Shown: positions 1-12,602, counted from the first letter of the stretch. The stretch is DNA of 63,232 bases from Octopus bimaculoides (GCF_001194135.2 NC_068999.1:49940802-50004033); one strand, 5' to 3'. The notes: generated by a model from the letters alone, not told the origin. Made by a program: numbers and translations.

Positions 1-165
1 TGTGGTGAAAGAGTACAGCAGGGTTCACCACCATCCCTGCCGGAGCCTCGTGGAACTTTTGGTGTTTTCGTTCAATAAACACTCACAACGCCCGGTCTGG
101 GAATCGAAACCGCGATCCTATGACTGCGAGTCCACTGCCCTAACCACTGGGCCATTGCGCCTCCA
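1..165 (-). mobile_element. tRNA-headed SINE (family C type), 5' part, truncated by window edge
   Basis: Minus strand reads GGCGCAATGGCCCAGTGGTTAGGG (A box) ... GGTTTCGATTCCC (B box) followed by GCGTTGTGAGTG, similar to heads at 13348, 42625 and 59026. Confidence 0.7.
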
Positions 166-419
166 CACTACACTTATATGGAAGGGATAAAATACAATGA
201 ACAGAATACATGCTTTGAGAGAGTGTGATCTGAAATTGTATGACGTAAGATCAAATTACTTTCTATCCAGTTACCATCCCTTCTACGCAGAGGTAACATA
301 AAATCGATTTCATCCAACCCCTTCCGGTCATCTAAGCACAGTTTCAAGGTGAAGCAAGGGTAATCTTAAATTGCTACACCGGTTTGAGAAGAGAAATGTT
401 AATTGTTATTTTGTTTCAG

Positions 420-490
420 CCATTACAGTAAGATATTCATTTCAAAATGGCTGTCGTAGTCATGGTGCGAGGAGGTTTCACAAAATGACG
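420..490 (+). CDS. Candidate coding exon (phase 1 to 0), ITVRYSFQNGCRSHGARRFHKMT; product unknown
   Basis: Acceptor ttattttgtttcAG at 418-419, donor ACG|GTAACC at 491. Only one frame is open. No homology recognised. Confidence 0.3.
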
Positions 491-670
491 GTAACCAACT
501 TCCTTCTACGGAAGACCTGAAAGGAAATACGTATAATATATGGACTGGGAACTCTGATATTAATTGCAACAATTCTTTTCTATAATTTTTTTTTATTCCT
601 ACATATTTATTTATTTATTTATTTATTTATTTATGCACGTCCATCATTGGACAGTTCCCTTGTAGTATCG

Positions 671-1147
671 TTTATCTTTTATGTTCTATCTTTTATCTTT
701 CGTTTGCTTCAGTCTTTGGACTGTGGCCATGCTGAACCGCCACCTTGAAGGGTTTTAGTCGATCAAACCGACCCAAGTACTTATTTTTTTAAAGTCTGGT
801 TATCGCTCTATTGCTCTTTTTTGCTGATCCACTAAGTTACAGGAACATAAACAAACCAACACTGCTTGTCAAGTAGTGGATGGACAAACAGTATCACAAA
901 GACAGCCATGCTCATCTCTCTCTCACACACACACACAAACACTCACAACACAATACACATATATCACATGCGCGCGCGCACAGAGACATACATATTGACA
1001 AACAGACAGATAGAGAGACGATGGACTTCCACACAGTTTTCGTTTACCAAATTCACTTACAGGACATTGACCACCCAAGATGCAGCGCTGTGGGACTGAA
1101 CTTGAAACCGCGTGATTCTAAAGCGGGCTTCTTAACCACCAGCTTTT
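671..1147 (-). mobile_element. Composite SINE: family B head, internal (CA/TA) microsatellite, family D 3' part with (AAAAGAT)n tail
   Basis: 1010-1147 is the reverse complement of the B head/body (GGTAAACGAAAAC, cf. GGTAGACGGAAACTG in other copies). 671-930 is the reverse complement of the D part. Same layout at 30218-30846. Confidence 0.7.
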
Positions 1148-1748
1148 CTTCCTCCCTATGAGACGTTGAATAGTTTCTCGCTTGGTTTTTCTTCATTTCT
1201 AGAAAAAGGGCTTCTGTGAGTAGCCCATATATATATATATANNNNNNNNNNNNNNNNNNNNNNNNNNNNNNNNNNNNNNNNNNNNNNNNNNNNNNNNNNN
1301 NNNNNNNNNNNNNNNNNNNNNNNNNNNNNNNNNNNNNNNNNNNNNNNNNNNNNNNNNNNNNNNNNNNNNNNNNNNNNNNNNNNNNNNNNNNNNNNNNNNN
1401 NNNNNNNNNNNNNNNNNNNNNATATACGACGTATATACGATGGGCTTCTAAACAGGATGGTGCAGAACTAAAGAGGAAAGCACTCGCCCGTGATATCGCA
1501 TCATGGGAATAAACTCGAAACCACACAGCGAGCTTCGTAACACCACATGTATACCGGCACCCATTATATGGATAATGAATACCCCAGCTGTAATTTGTAT
1601 CATGAAAAATTATATCAGGTATATTATATGCTAGCAAAATGCTATTACCTGTACGTTCACAGTTTCATAGTACCATCACGTTGTCATTTTCCAGTACACA
1701 TAAAATTTCAAATAACTGCCAACTAATAACTGCGAATTATTTTCTCAG

Positions 1749-1799
1749 GAGGTGAAATTGGATGACCGAGCATAAGCTTATATAATGCAGCTTCATTAC
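1749..1799 (+). CDS. Candidate 51-nt exon EVKLDDRA*AYIMQLHY with in-frame TAA at 1773-1775, or a start exon with ATG at 1785
   Basis: Acceptor attattttctcAG and consensus donor TAC|GTGAGT. All three frames contain a stop, so it cannot be a plain internal coding exon as assembled. Confidence 0.3.
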
Positions 1800-2914
1800 G
1801 TGAGTGTCCTCGGTTTTATTTCGTGAGAGCTAATGTAGGACATCCTTATACAATGCGGTGTATTGTTACACCATACAAGCGACATTTGTCATCAATACTG
1901 TAAGAGATCTTAGATGCCCTCTCTCTCTCTCTCTTTCTCCCTCTCTGTCTCTCTCTCCCCCGCTCTCTGTCTCACTTTCTCTCTGTCAGTAAATGTTATA
2001 ATGATGATGATATTGATGATGACTGTTCCTATATGGCAAATGTGGTTGTTTCTGTTCATCAATTCAGGATGGAATTGTTCATCAAGGCTAGAGCCTGTAT
2101 GCACAAGCACACACATATATGTGTGTATATATGTACGTATGTATGTATGTATGTATGTATGTATGTATGTATGTCATATATATATATATATACAAACTTA
2201 NNNNNNNNNNNNNNNNNNNNNNNNNNNNNNNNNNNNNNNNNNNNNNNNNNNNNNNNNNNNNNNNNNNNNNNNNNNNNNNNNNNNNNNNNNNNNNNNNNNN
2301 NNNNNNNNNNNNNNNNNNNNNNNNNNNNNNNNNNNNNNNNNNNNNNNNNNNNNNNNNNNNNNNNNNNNNNNNNNNNNNNNNNNNNNNNNNNNNNNNNNNN
2401 NNNNNNNNNNNNNNNNNNNNNNNNNNNNNNNNNNNNNNNNNNNNNNNNNNNNNNNNNNNNNNNNNNNNNNNNNNNNNNNNNNNNNNNNNNNNNNNNNNNN
2501 NNNNNNNNNNNNNNNNNNNNNNNNNNNNNNNNNNNNNNNNNNNNNNNNNNNNNNNNNNNNNNNNNNNNNNNNNNNNNNNNNNNNNNNNNNNNNNNNNNNN
2601 NNNNNNNNNNNNNNNNNNNNNNNNNNNNNNNNNNNNNNNNNNNNNNNNNNNNNNNNNNNNNNNNNNNNNNNNNNTATATATATATAAATATATACATACA
2701 TACATACATACATACATACATACATACATACATACCTCATACATACATACATACACACACTGAGACACAAAAACCCACACAAACACACACACACACGTAT
2801 TGCGGTTAATGTTGTCTTCAGACATAGAAATACTGTAAAGTTGCTCAGAGGCCGCAAATGTTTAGGGACCCAAAACCGTGTGGTTGGGAAGCAAACTTTT
2901 TACTACACGGCTAG

Positions 2915-2917
2915 AGC

Positions 2918-2974
<57 letters not shown>

Positions 2975-2994
2975 GGCAAACAGACAGACAGACT

Positions 2995-3053
<59 letters not shown>

Positions 3054-3215
3054 GGCTTGGTCGGTCGGTCGGTCGGTATGTATGTATGTATGTATGTATG
3101 TAGGTAGGTAGGTAGGTAGGTAGGAAGGTAGGTAGGTAGGCAGGCAGGCAGGCAGGCAGGCAGGTAGGTAGGTAGGTAGGTAGGTAGGTAGGTAGGTAGG
3201 TAGGTAGGTATGCAT
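2915..3215. repeat. Compound tetranucleotide microsatellite (AGAC)(AGAT)(TCGG)(TATG)(TAGG)(CAGG)(TAGG)
   Basis: Directly visible consecutive blocks. Confidence 0.95.
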
Positions 3216-4078
3216 GTATCAATGTAAGTACATATATACATATGTACAAAAGTACACAAATATATATACATACATACGTTCACACACACATGCATATAGA
3301 TATATGCATGCACACATATACACACAAGTATGCACAAACGTTCGTGCCCACAAACGTGCATGCATACATTCCTGTATGTATATATACATACACTCACATA
3401 TCTATTATTGTGTCGTTAAAAGTCACCTTGTGATTACAAGGACTGTAACACAAGAAAATAAACGAATCCAAAGACATAGTTTTCAGTGAAGCAACCGTGT
3501 TCACAATGGTCTATGCTTTGCATTGTTTATTTCTAACCCTGCTTGAAATCAAATTAGGCGTTAACTACGAAGAACCTAAACGAAACGAAACCCATTTCAC
3601 ATCTTCCCGCTTCGTTCCCTTCTTTTAGAACCACCCGCCACCCTTACTCCACACCTAACCCAAGAGAAACAGAACATGAAAGTACCTGTCTCATTTGTGT
3701 CTTCAGATTACCCACTGACCCCAGCCTGAAATTTCGATTACCCCAAAATAATTTGAAGCAAAGCGCTACAAACCTAGTAGGGTAGGATACCAATTTAGAA
3801 TAGGAGACCCCACCGCCGAATTTCGTGTCTAAGTTTAGCAGATCACACCACAAGATACACACAAACACACNNNNNNNNNNCACACAAACACACATGTATA
3901 CATAGGCAAACACACACGTATGCACATGAATACATACACTCATTTACAGAAACGCACACATACACAAAATTACTTGCAAAAGAACACGTGTCTTTTGTCT
4001 TTTTCTGTCCCCTTTTTCTTCATATTTTCGTCTTTTTTAATTCTTTTTCTTTCTTGCACGTTTTATTTCCTATATATG

Positions 4079-4112
<34 letters not shown>

Positions 4113-4666
4113 NNNNNNNNNNNNNNNNNNNNNNNNNNNNNNNNNNNNNNNNNNNNNNNNNNNNNNNNNNNNNNNNNNNNNNNNNNNNNNNNNNNNNNNN
4201 NNNNNNNNNNNNNNNNNNNNNNNNNNNNNNNNNNNNNNNNNNNNNNNNNNNNNNNNNNNNNNNNNNNNNNNNNNNNNNNNNNNNNNNNNNNNNNNNNNNN
4301 NNNNNNNNNNNNNNNNNNNNNNNNNNNNNNNNNNNNNNNNNNNNNNNNNNNNNNNNNNNNNNNNNNNNNNNNNNNNNNNNNNNNNNNNNNNNNNNNNNNN
4401 NNNNNNNNNNNNNNNNNNNNNNNNNNNNNNNNNNNNNNNNNNNNNNNNNNNNNNNNNNNNNNNNNNNNNNNNNNNNNNNNNNNNNNNNNNNNNNNNNNNN
4501 NNNNNNNNNNNNNNNNNNNNNNNNNNNNNNNNNNNNNNNNNNNNNNNNNNNNNNNNNNNNNNNNNNNNNNNNNNNNNNNNNNNNNNATATATATATATAT
4601 ATATATATACATAAATGAATATATATGCACACACACACAAATACATATATATAATTATATATACAA

Positions 4667-4699
<33 letters not shown>

Positions 4700-4825
4700 T
4701 ATGTCTGTGTTTGTATGTGTGTGTATGCATGTGTGTATACATATACACACATACACATACACATAGAAACTTATACATACTTCAATGAACAAACAGCTTC
4801 AAAGTCGTATATTTTTTGTCTCCAG

Positions 4826-4998
4826 CTACTTACTTCCAGCAGAGGTCAGACAATCTATGCACCACACACAATTATATCATCCCAGATTTGGCAGCGTCTT
4901 ACAAAAAGTGCTAACCTAAAAAGGCTATGGGCCGTTTTCTATCGTCTAAGAAAAGCTAGCAGTATAACAGACACGTACAGAAACATAATTACGTGTAG
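4826..4998 (+). CDS. Candidate coding exon (phase 0 to 2), LLTSSRGQTIYAPHTIISSQIWQRLTKSANLKRLWAVFYRLRKASSITDTYRNIITC; product unknown
   Basis: Acceptor tattttttgtctccAG, donor AG|GTATAT, 173 nt open in one frame, non-repetitive sequence between microsatellites. Confidence 0.45.
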
Positions 4999-5177
4999 GT
5001 ATATATATATGTGTATGTATGTTCATACACTATAGTTTGTAATTTCTTTACAAAATTCCGTAACACAAGTTTCTTTAAAATGAAGTGTCTCAGTGTGTGT
5101 ATGTGTGTGTGCGTATGTATGCGTGCGTTTGTGGGAGTGGGGCTGTTTGTATGCGTATGTGTGTATTTGCATATTTA

Positions 5178-5415
5178 TACAGGGTGGCCATAAAGTCAGG
5201 CACCGTCCTGCAATATGTGAAATTGCTAACATTCTCCTTTTCACAGCTGCCGATATTACTCACAAACCAATCCTCATTGGATGGAGACAGGTAATCAAGG
5301 CGGGGGAAAGGTAATGGTATGGTCTGTGATTTGGCACAATCAAGTAATTGGACCATTTTATTTTGAGGGCTCTGTGACAGGTGATTGGTATCTGGACACG
5401 CTTGGCAACAAGGTA
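5178..5415 (+). mobile_element. Internally deleted Tc1/mariner-superfamily transposon relic
   Basis: TA + CAGGGTGGCC terminus, followed by CRYYSQTNPHWMETGNQGGGKVMVWSVIWHNQVIGPFYFEGSVTGDWYLDTL, which resembles the NCRYW..NPHW / KVMVW.G / GPFFF.G.V....YL stretch of DDD/E transposases. Confidence 0.7.
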
Positions 5416-5439
5416 ATGACTTATTTGCATTCCTGTTGG

Positions 5440-5600
5440 TGTGCTTACGTCCTCGTAAGCTAGCGGTTCAGCAAAAGACACCGAGAGGATAAGTATCAAG
5501 TTTTTAAAAAAAGTAAGTACTGGAGTCGATTCGTTCACTAAAATTCTACAAGGCAATGCCCCAGCATGACCGCAGTCAAGTGACTGAAACAAACAAAAAC
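5440..5600 (+). mobile_element. SINE family D 3' part
   Basis: GCGGTTCAGCAAAAG...GTCGATT...CCCCAGCATGACCGCAGTC...GACTGAAACAA, matching 36020-36155 and the reverse complement of 671-930. Confidence 0.65.
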
Positions 5601-6046
5601 TAAAAAGATATTTTTTTATATGCATGGAGAAGACACCACATGGGTTGTCTCGAAGCAGGAAGTGAAGTGTCTGGATCAGTTTTTCTTGAATGACATTTCA
5701 AATAACAACGATCAGAACTCATGAAATAGAATATTGACAACGCAGTTGTTGACTGCTTTCAAATATGAAAAAGCTGGAACCAGGAATATATATTACAGCG
5801 TTATCAAATTACAACCAAGTCTTGAACTTAATTTATTCGCTCTATTAATCCTTGAATGAATATTTCAAGCTATGAGGTCTAATTTTATTTTTATTTTTTT
5901 ACGACGTTAAACAAAAAAAAAAAAGCAGGCATCAAATTGAATCATTAGAATATCAACAACTAACTCGAAGAAGGCGCAAGCAAAATCGCGAGTGCGATTA
6001 TTTTGGTGGTTACAGCGAACGTAATTCAACAAGCATTAAGTCAATC

Positions 6047-6430
6047 TTGTTGAAGGCTCGGTTACGTTGGATTGGTCACGTAATCAAAATGACTGTCAGC
6101 TGTGTACCCAGACAGCTGTTGTACGGCGAGCTCACACAGGGCTCACGCAAACAAGGCAGGCCGAAACTGAGGTACAAAGACACCCTAAAAAGCAATCTCA
6201 AATGGAGCAGCATTCACCTCCCGAACAGCGGCTACCTTTGAAGAGGACCAGCGACAGCATTTCGCTGCCGTAAGATAAAGACGTCATAGGGTGGCGTCTT
6301 CCGCAACCCAGTCAATAGACTACTATCGCTGTGTGTGCCTGTGTGCTTGTAGCTTTGGACTGCGGAGTTACGTGCGTTCTCATCACTGAGAACAAAATTT
6401 GTCACCGTCGGACACCGATGGACACCCAGC
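6047..6430 (+). mobile_element. 3' end of an RTE-clade LINE (ORF C-terminus plus 3' UTR), decayed
   Basis: RLRWIGHVIKM..CVPRQLLYGELTQGSRKQGRPKLRYKDTLKSNLK, then after a frameshift FEEDQRQ...YRCVCLCACSFGLRSYVRSHH*, then a CCGTCGGACACCGATGG stem-loop-like end. These are hallmark RTE C-terminal motifs. Confidence 0.85.
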
Positions 6431-7080
6431 AATCCACCTGATGAGTCGCAAAAGGCTTCCCAGACGTTTAAAAGCCAAACATTTCTGATCATTATTAATA
6501 GCTTGCGTGTGCTTTCTGTTTCTAAAAAATTCTCGAAAGCTTATCAAAAGAAAAATGATGCATATGGATATTTTCTCATATACTGTCGTTTATCCTTGAA
6601 TAGGGAGTAAAGAGATTATCAAATACTCTTACATCACACTTGGAAGATCTAGAGAATAATGTCTTGGCAAAGAATATGTGCAGTTTATCAATTCGCTTAA
6701 AACTGATCTTGCTTCATGCTCACGATTCAAACACAACCATCATAGTTTTGAGTTTTAACGCTTAATCACAATTTTTCGAAGTCTCGGTTTTTTAACAGTA
6801 GTAAAGTACCTGTGCATCTATTTTTATCACTCATGGTTATTAACCGAAGTGAAGGAAGAACGGTCAGTATTAAAATTTAAAAGGATTTCAAATGAACTAA
6901 ACAGCAGCAAAGTTTAAAACAAATCCTAAACCAAAATACCAAGTATTAAAAAAATATCGAGCCTCTATATAACACAGGCCGTTCCCATATCAAAACAATT
7001 TGTTCAGGCTAAATGTGAGTTCGTAAATTTCAATTTTAGTTTACTATAGAAGTACAAAAAATGTGTATCATATAAGTGTG

Positions 7081-7134
<54 letters not shown>

Positions 7135-7727
7135 TGTGTGTGTGTATAGGTATATAAATATATAGATTTATTTATTCCTATTAAATATAGGTAGATATAC
7201 AATACATGATGTACGTATACACATATATGTATAAAATGGTGTATATATTTATTGATACATACATACATATAAACATACATACATACATACATACNNNNNN
7301 NNNNCATACATACATACATACATACTTGACTTCTTTTCATTACAACCTTGCCACAGGGAAGGTGGCCGGTCAAAAATAACCTAAAATTTAAGAGTGAGCA
7401 TACATACATAAGTACATATACATATATATATATACATATATATATATATACATATANNNNNNNNNNNNNNNNNNNTATATATATATATATATATATATGT
7501 ATATGTGTATATGTGCGTGCACAACATATATCAGACTGCTGACATTAGCGGTGACGTCATGTAATTCAAGAACATCCTTACGTCTGTAATTTGTGACGAA
7601 GGTTGATTGGTCTTCATGCTTCAGTTGTTCATATCAGTAACGTTAATCTTAAATAACTGACGCCATAAATACACACGTGCGCGCGCGCACATACTGACAC
7701 GCAAGCATACACACACATAAAGACACA

Positions 7728-7797
<70 letters not shown>

Positions 7798-8084
7798 NNN
7801 NNNNNNNCAAAGCACACAGATGCAACATGAAATTACATGCGTTACATAGACTCATAGCTACACTGAAAAAAAAACTGGTATTATTTACAATCGAAAACAT
7901 TCAAACGTGTGCGTACATACATATTCATATGTAGATAAACATGCATATATAAGCGCGTTGAATATATATATATATATATATATATACGGTGAGATGGGAG
8001 GGAAGGAAGTTTAAAAGCTATAGCAACACATCTCAAAGCAGAATGCATACATCAGATCGTTACATGAGTTTAGTTGAATATTTA

Positions 8085-8800
8085 TATTTGCAGACAAAAC
8101 TGTAACAAAAACCTATATACAACAAATGAAAGAAGACACCTGCAAGACACTTCTCAGTGACCGAATAGAAGAAAAAAAACATACAGAAAAGCATACTCTA
8201 AGTTAAAGAATAAACAGAGATGCTAAAGACTTAACAATAGATCTACAAATAGATGAGAGTAACCAAGCATTGCAAAAACGATGAGAATATCTTACACTCA
8301 GGGACCAGGAGCATAAATTTGTAAGTAACCAGATTGTGGGATAGTAAACCCCAAGAAAGGAGAATTTGGCATGGTGTGCAAAAATAACCTGGCAAAAAAC
8401 CAACTCTAAAATACAACAAACAACCGAGTTTATATAATGGAACAATACTACATTCGTCATGGATTGGATGAACTGCATAAAAGACGAAGTCTTATGATTG
8501 CATTTTATTCGACAGCGCTGACTATCGATTTTTTTAATTATAAAAATCCACTAGATTTCGCCAAAACGATAATCGCAATTAACGATCAAGAAATGCACAT
8601 CATTATGCATGCAAGAAAATATCTCTTATTCCATGATAAACCACCCTGAATAAAAGTAGAAAATGGCGAATCTTTGGATGTCATTATGGGGTTTTATGAC
8701 GCTGCAGAAACGTGTGAACTTGTCCTGTTACACACCCTGAAAATAAATGAACTATTCCCGGAATTCAATACAAGGCTATATAGGGACGACAGCCCTAGCT
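8085..8800 (+). mobile_element. Penelope-like element reverse transcriptase relic (frameshifted, with stops)
   Basis: Successive fragments FADKT, YLTLRDQEHKF, NPKKGEFGMVCK, WNNTTFVMDW, LDFAKTIIAINDQEMHIIMHARKYLLFH, LDVIMGFYDAAETCELV, RLYRDD follow the motif order of PLE RTs (TLKDHK..F, NPAK.EIG, WKNT..V..W, DVTMG.YDGAE.CELV, YRDD). Confidence 0.8.
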
Positions 8801-8956
8801 ATCTCCCAACATGTCTTAAATAACAAACAAACCATACAAGAAAGATTTGGTTTGCAAGGTTCTTTATGTGAGTTCGTGTGTTGAAGTATATTTTGTTGTG
8901 GCAAGACGCCATGAACATTTTACATATATATATAATGTTGCAGTGTGTATATATAA

Positions 8957-8989
<33 letters not shown>

Positions 8990-9023
8990 TGTATGTATGT
9001 ATGTATGTATGTATGTATGTATA

Positions 9024-9075
<52 letters not shown>

Positions 9076-9085
9076 NNNNNNNNNN

Positions 9086-9154
<69 letters not shown>

Positions 9155-10065
9155 TAGGTAGATAGATAGATAGATAGATAGATAGACAGATAGATGGCAG
9201 TGCAGTCTACCAAAGAGTGAGATGTATTTTAGAGCAATATTTTCCAATAGAGTGTTGTGCATTGCAACAGAAAATCGTAAAGTCTTGTCGCACCAGACTA
9301 CACAACAATTGTATCGTAAAATAGGGGACAAATTTATGAAAATAGAGTATTGTGCAAAAACAGAACAGTACACAATGGGACATTAGATTAGAGTGTAATA
9401 AATTAGATGACAGTAGAGTACAAGAAGGGAAGAGTATAAAGAAAGTAGAAAACAATGTTTGTCTGAATATAGGCAAAAACTATAAAAAAAAAATAGAAGG
9501 AATGTGAGCCAAATGAAAGTTATATACGAGGCTATCAGATAAAAATACTCAAATATCGGCTAATATGAGAATGTGGGATAAAAAAAAGTGTACACATTCC
9601 ATTGAAATATATAGCGAATAAGGAGTAACGTGCAAATAGAAAGGAAGGCGTTGGAAAAAGAAAGAGAGAGAGTGGTGAGAGAAAGAGCGAGAGGCAGAGA
9701 GGGAGGGGAGATGGGAGAGGCTGAGGACAAGGGGAAAAAGTGAAAGAGAGAGAGAGAGAGAGAGAAAGGAAGGGGCGAGAGAAAGAGTGGGAGATTTATA
9801 GTCTGCAATTAATCTGTATGATATTTCGGAAACTGTCGTTTATATAAGTTGAATAATTATTATACGCCCAGTTTTTTACACGCGACGCATGCGCAAAACA
9901 TACATACCTGCGTGCACACCAAACTCAGGTACACACATACATACACACACTCATACACACACACACACACACACACATTATTATTCATGCTTCACTTGAT
10001 TGCATACCTGAAATATCCGATCTGAAACAAATGAAAGAGTCAAAGAATATATACATATATATATA

Positions 10066-10222
10066 CACGCAACGTGATTTCACATAGTTTCTGTCTACCA
10101 AATTCATTCACGAGACACTGGTCCTACTGTGGCTATAGTAAAAGACATGTACCCAGAGTGGCTGCGCAGTGAGATTGAACCCGGAATCATGTGGCTGCAA
10201 AACGAGTCTCTTAACCGCAACC
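10066..10222 (-). mobile_element. SINE family B copy (diverged)
   Basis: Reverse complement of the B consensus: GTTTCTGTCTACCAAATTCA...GGCTATAGTAAAAGACA...TGAACCCGGAATCATGTGG on the plus strand. Confidence 0.65.
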
Positions 10223-10328
10223 GATTTGAATATATGTAAGTAATTTAGTAGATCGCACAACTGGAATACTCAGCGTCGAAACTGATGGAGATCCACTTGC
10301 TTTTTGACTTTTTACACGCACATGGACC

Positions 10329-10411
10329 TCTAAGTGTGGACGTACCATAGTCATATAACTCAATTTGTTGACGTACCATAGTCATATAGTTCTAAGTGTG
10401 GACGTACCATA
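10329..10411. repeat. 31-bp tandem repeat, about 2.7 copies
   Basis: GACGTACCATA starts at 10339, 10370 and 10401 (period exactly 31). Confidence 0.85.
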
Positions 10412-10927
10412 ATTTTGAGATATGAGTTACACGTCAATTTAAGTATTCTACTGTCTCAGCTTCCCTCAAAGCAATTCATAACAGACCACTTTCTTCTATC
10501 ATAGTTCAAGATTTCTCAGGGGCCCCAGCAGACAAAATGGAAATGGCGTACCCCGGAGATTAGCGAGGGCCAGACAGCCAGCCAACACATCAACCGACAA
10601 CGACGGACCAAACGACCGACCAACTAACCAGCCTACGATCAGACGAACCACCCGCTCATTTAACTGACCAATCGACCAGGGAACTGACCAGTTATTTACC
10701 CAACCAACCTTGGAGCTATCAAACTCTCGAGCCAGCAAGTCAACAAGCCAGCAGTAAAGCAATCAACCGACTTACGTACAGATTGTAGTCCCAACCGGTG
10801 CGCAGGTTTAAGCGAACAATGGAACAAGTCATAGAAAATCAGTCAGCCGTTTGACCTGGCTTTCCAATCAGCATACCTTGATTTTCACTTTATAACGCAC
10901 AAACTGAATACCTACCTGCCCGCCTTC

Positions 10928-11001
<74 letters not shown>

Positions 11002-11231
11002 ACTTATCTACCTACCTACCTGCCTATCTATCTACATATCTATCTGCCTATCAGCCTACCTATTTGTCTTTCTGTCTATCTATATATACTATAATATGAA
11101 TTTGTATATGTATGTGTGTGTATATATGTGTATATATGTGTGTGTGTGTGTACACAAATATAAATATATACATATATAGGTACAGATGTATATATGTATC
11201 TACCTATCTCTCTCTCTCTCTCTCTCTCTCT

Positions 11232-11281
<50 letters not shown>

Positions 11282-11290
11282 GTATGTATG

Positions 11291-11321
<31 letters not shown>

Positions 11322-11726
11322 ATGTATCTATCTATCTATCTATCAAGCTATCAAATGACTAGAATACCTGACTAACTACAATTTGTCAACTGATAAGGAC
11401 ACAAGCGGCTGTCCTAAATATGTATTGCACACACATACACAATACACGTTCCTATCCTTTCATTTTAGATCAATGGCTTCTAATCTTTCATAACACCGCC
11501 CTTTTCAACGAAAGGCATTTTACAAAAGTCCTTCCTCCATGATTTTTTATTAATAAAAACAAAGAACTGAAAAAATGTGGTAAGAAATTTGTTTTCGAAC
11601 CACAAGGTTCTGAGTTTAGTCTCACTGTGTGGCACCTTGTTCAACACCACAGCAGCATGCACACGAACACATACATACATACACACATACATACATACAT
11701 ACATACATACATACATACATACAAAC

Positions 11727-11836
11727 AAAAATACTCTGTTGTTGATGTTGAAATTCCAATGAAGGAACCTTGGATCTAGGTTAGAAACCGGTTCTTTCTC
11801 TATTGGCAAGAAATCTTGAAATAAACTGAATAATGA
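11727..11836 (+). mobile_element. Short dispersed repeat family E (possibly Penelope-terminus derived), copy 1
   Basis: TTCCAATGAAGGAACCTTGGATCTAGGTTAGAAACCGGTTCTTTCTCTATTGGCAAGAAATCTTGAAATAAA; a close reverse-complement copy lies at 48326-48433. Flanked by (CATA)n. Confidence 0.6.
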
Positions 11837-12260
11837 TATACATACATACATACATACATACATACATAAATACATACGTACGTACGTACGTACATACATA
11901 CATACATACATACATACATACATACATACATACATACATTCCTTAGCGCATAGAATATTACTGACCTGAAAAGGAGTATCACTTGCTGAAATCGGATTTG
12001 CTTTGAGAAAATATAAGAAACTATTGTTACTCTAGTAAAATTAATTCTATAATTATGAAAAGAATTTTCAAGCTGGCAGAATCGTTTATAGAAACCTACA
12101 ATGAAATAATGAAACAGCTGCTAGAAATTACAAGGTAGCTTTCAAATAGGATTAAAATTTCATATCAATCGAAGAATAGCACGAATTATGTTTCTATGCA
12201 AATCGTTACGATGAGATCCATGATAAGATACGAGTCAAAGCTCTCTGTTTTGTACATATA

Positions 12261-12602
12261 TTGATTTCCAATTTTGGCACAAGGCCAGCTTTTCGCATCG
12301 ACCCCGGTGTTTCACTGGTACTTAATTTATCGACCCCGAAAGGATGAAAGGCAAAGTCAACTTCGGCAGAATTTAAACTCGGAACGCAAAGACAGACGAA
12401 ATACCGCTAACGTTTCTTATTTCTTTACTGCCCACAAGGGGCTACACACAGAGAGGACAAACGAGGACAGACAAACGGATTAAGTCGATTATATCGACCC
12501 CAGTACGTAACTGGCACTTATTTAATCGACCCCGAAAAGATGAAAGGTAAAGTCGACCTTGGCGGAATTTGAACTCAGAACGTAGCGGCAGACGAAATAC
12601 CG
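12261..12602 (-). mobile_element. Two adjacent family A SINEs (second has a different 3' tail and runs into a gap)
   Basis: Both carry TTATCGACCCCGAAAGGATGAAAGGCAAAGTC...AATTTGAACTC-like sequence on the plus strand. The family core resembles the Meta/MESC SINE domain (from memory, unverified). Confidence 0.8.

Noticed and set aside
92-165. Additional tRNA genes at SINE heads (also 13348, 34650-34727, 58950-59026)
   Set aside because: They have A/B boxes but no complete cloverleaf and continue into shared SINE bodies.
1763-1765. TGA as selenocysteine in the phase-1 frame of the 1749 exon
   Set aside because: GEIG*PS matches no selenoprotein motif I know, the phase does not fit the 420-490 exon, and no SECIS was identified.
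6438-6444. CTGATGA as a hammerhead core (also 48653-48659 and the minus strand near 23707-23713)
   Set aside because: No GAAA or helix III in the right position; the 48653 case is the YTDD codons of an RT relic.
11469-11542. Candidate exon DQWLLIFHNTALFNERHFTKVLPP*
   Set aside because: Acceptor-like site is present, but the open frame is phase 1, incompatible with the upstream phase-2 exon; short, no donor and no recognised homology.
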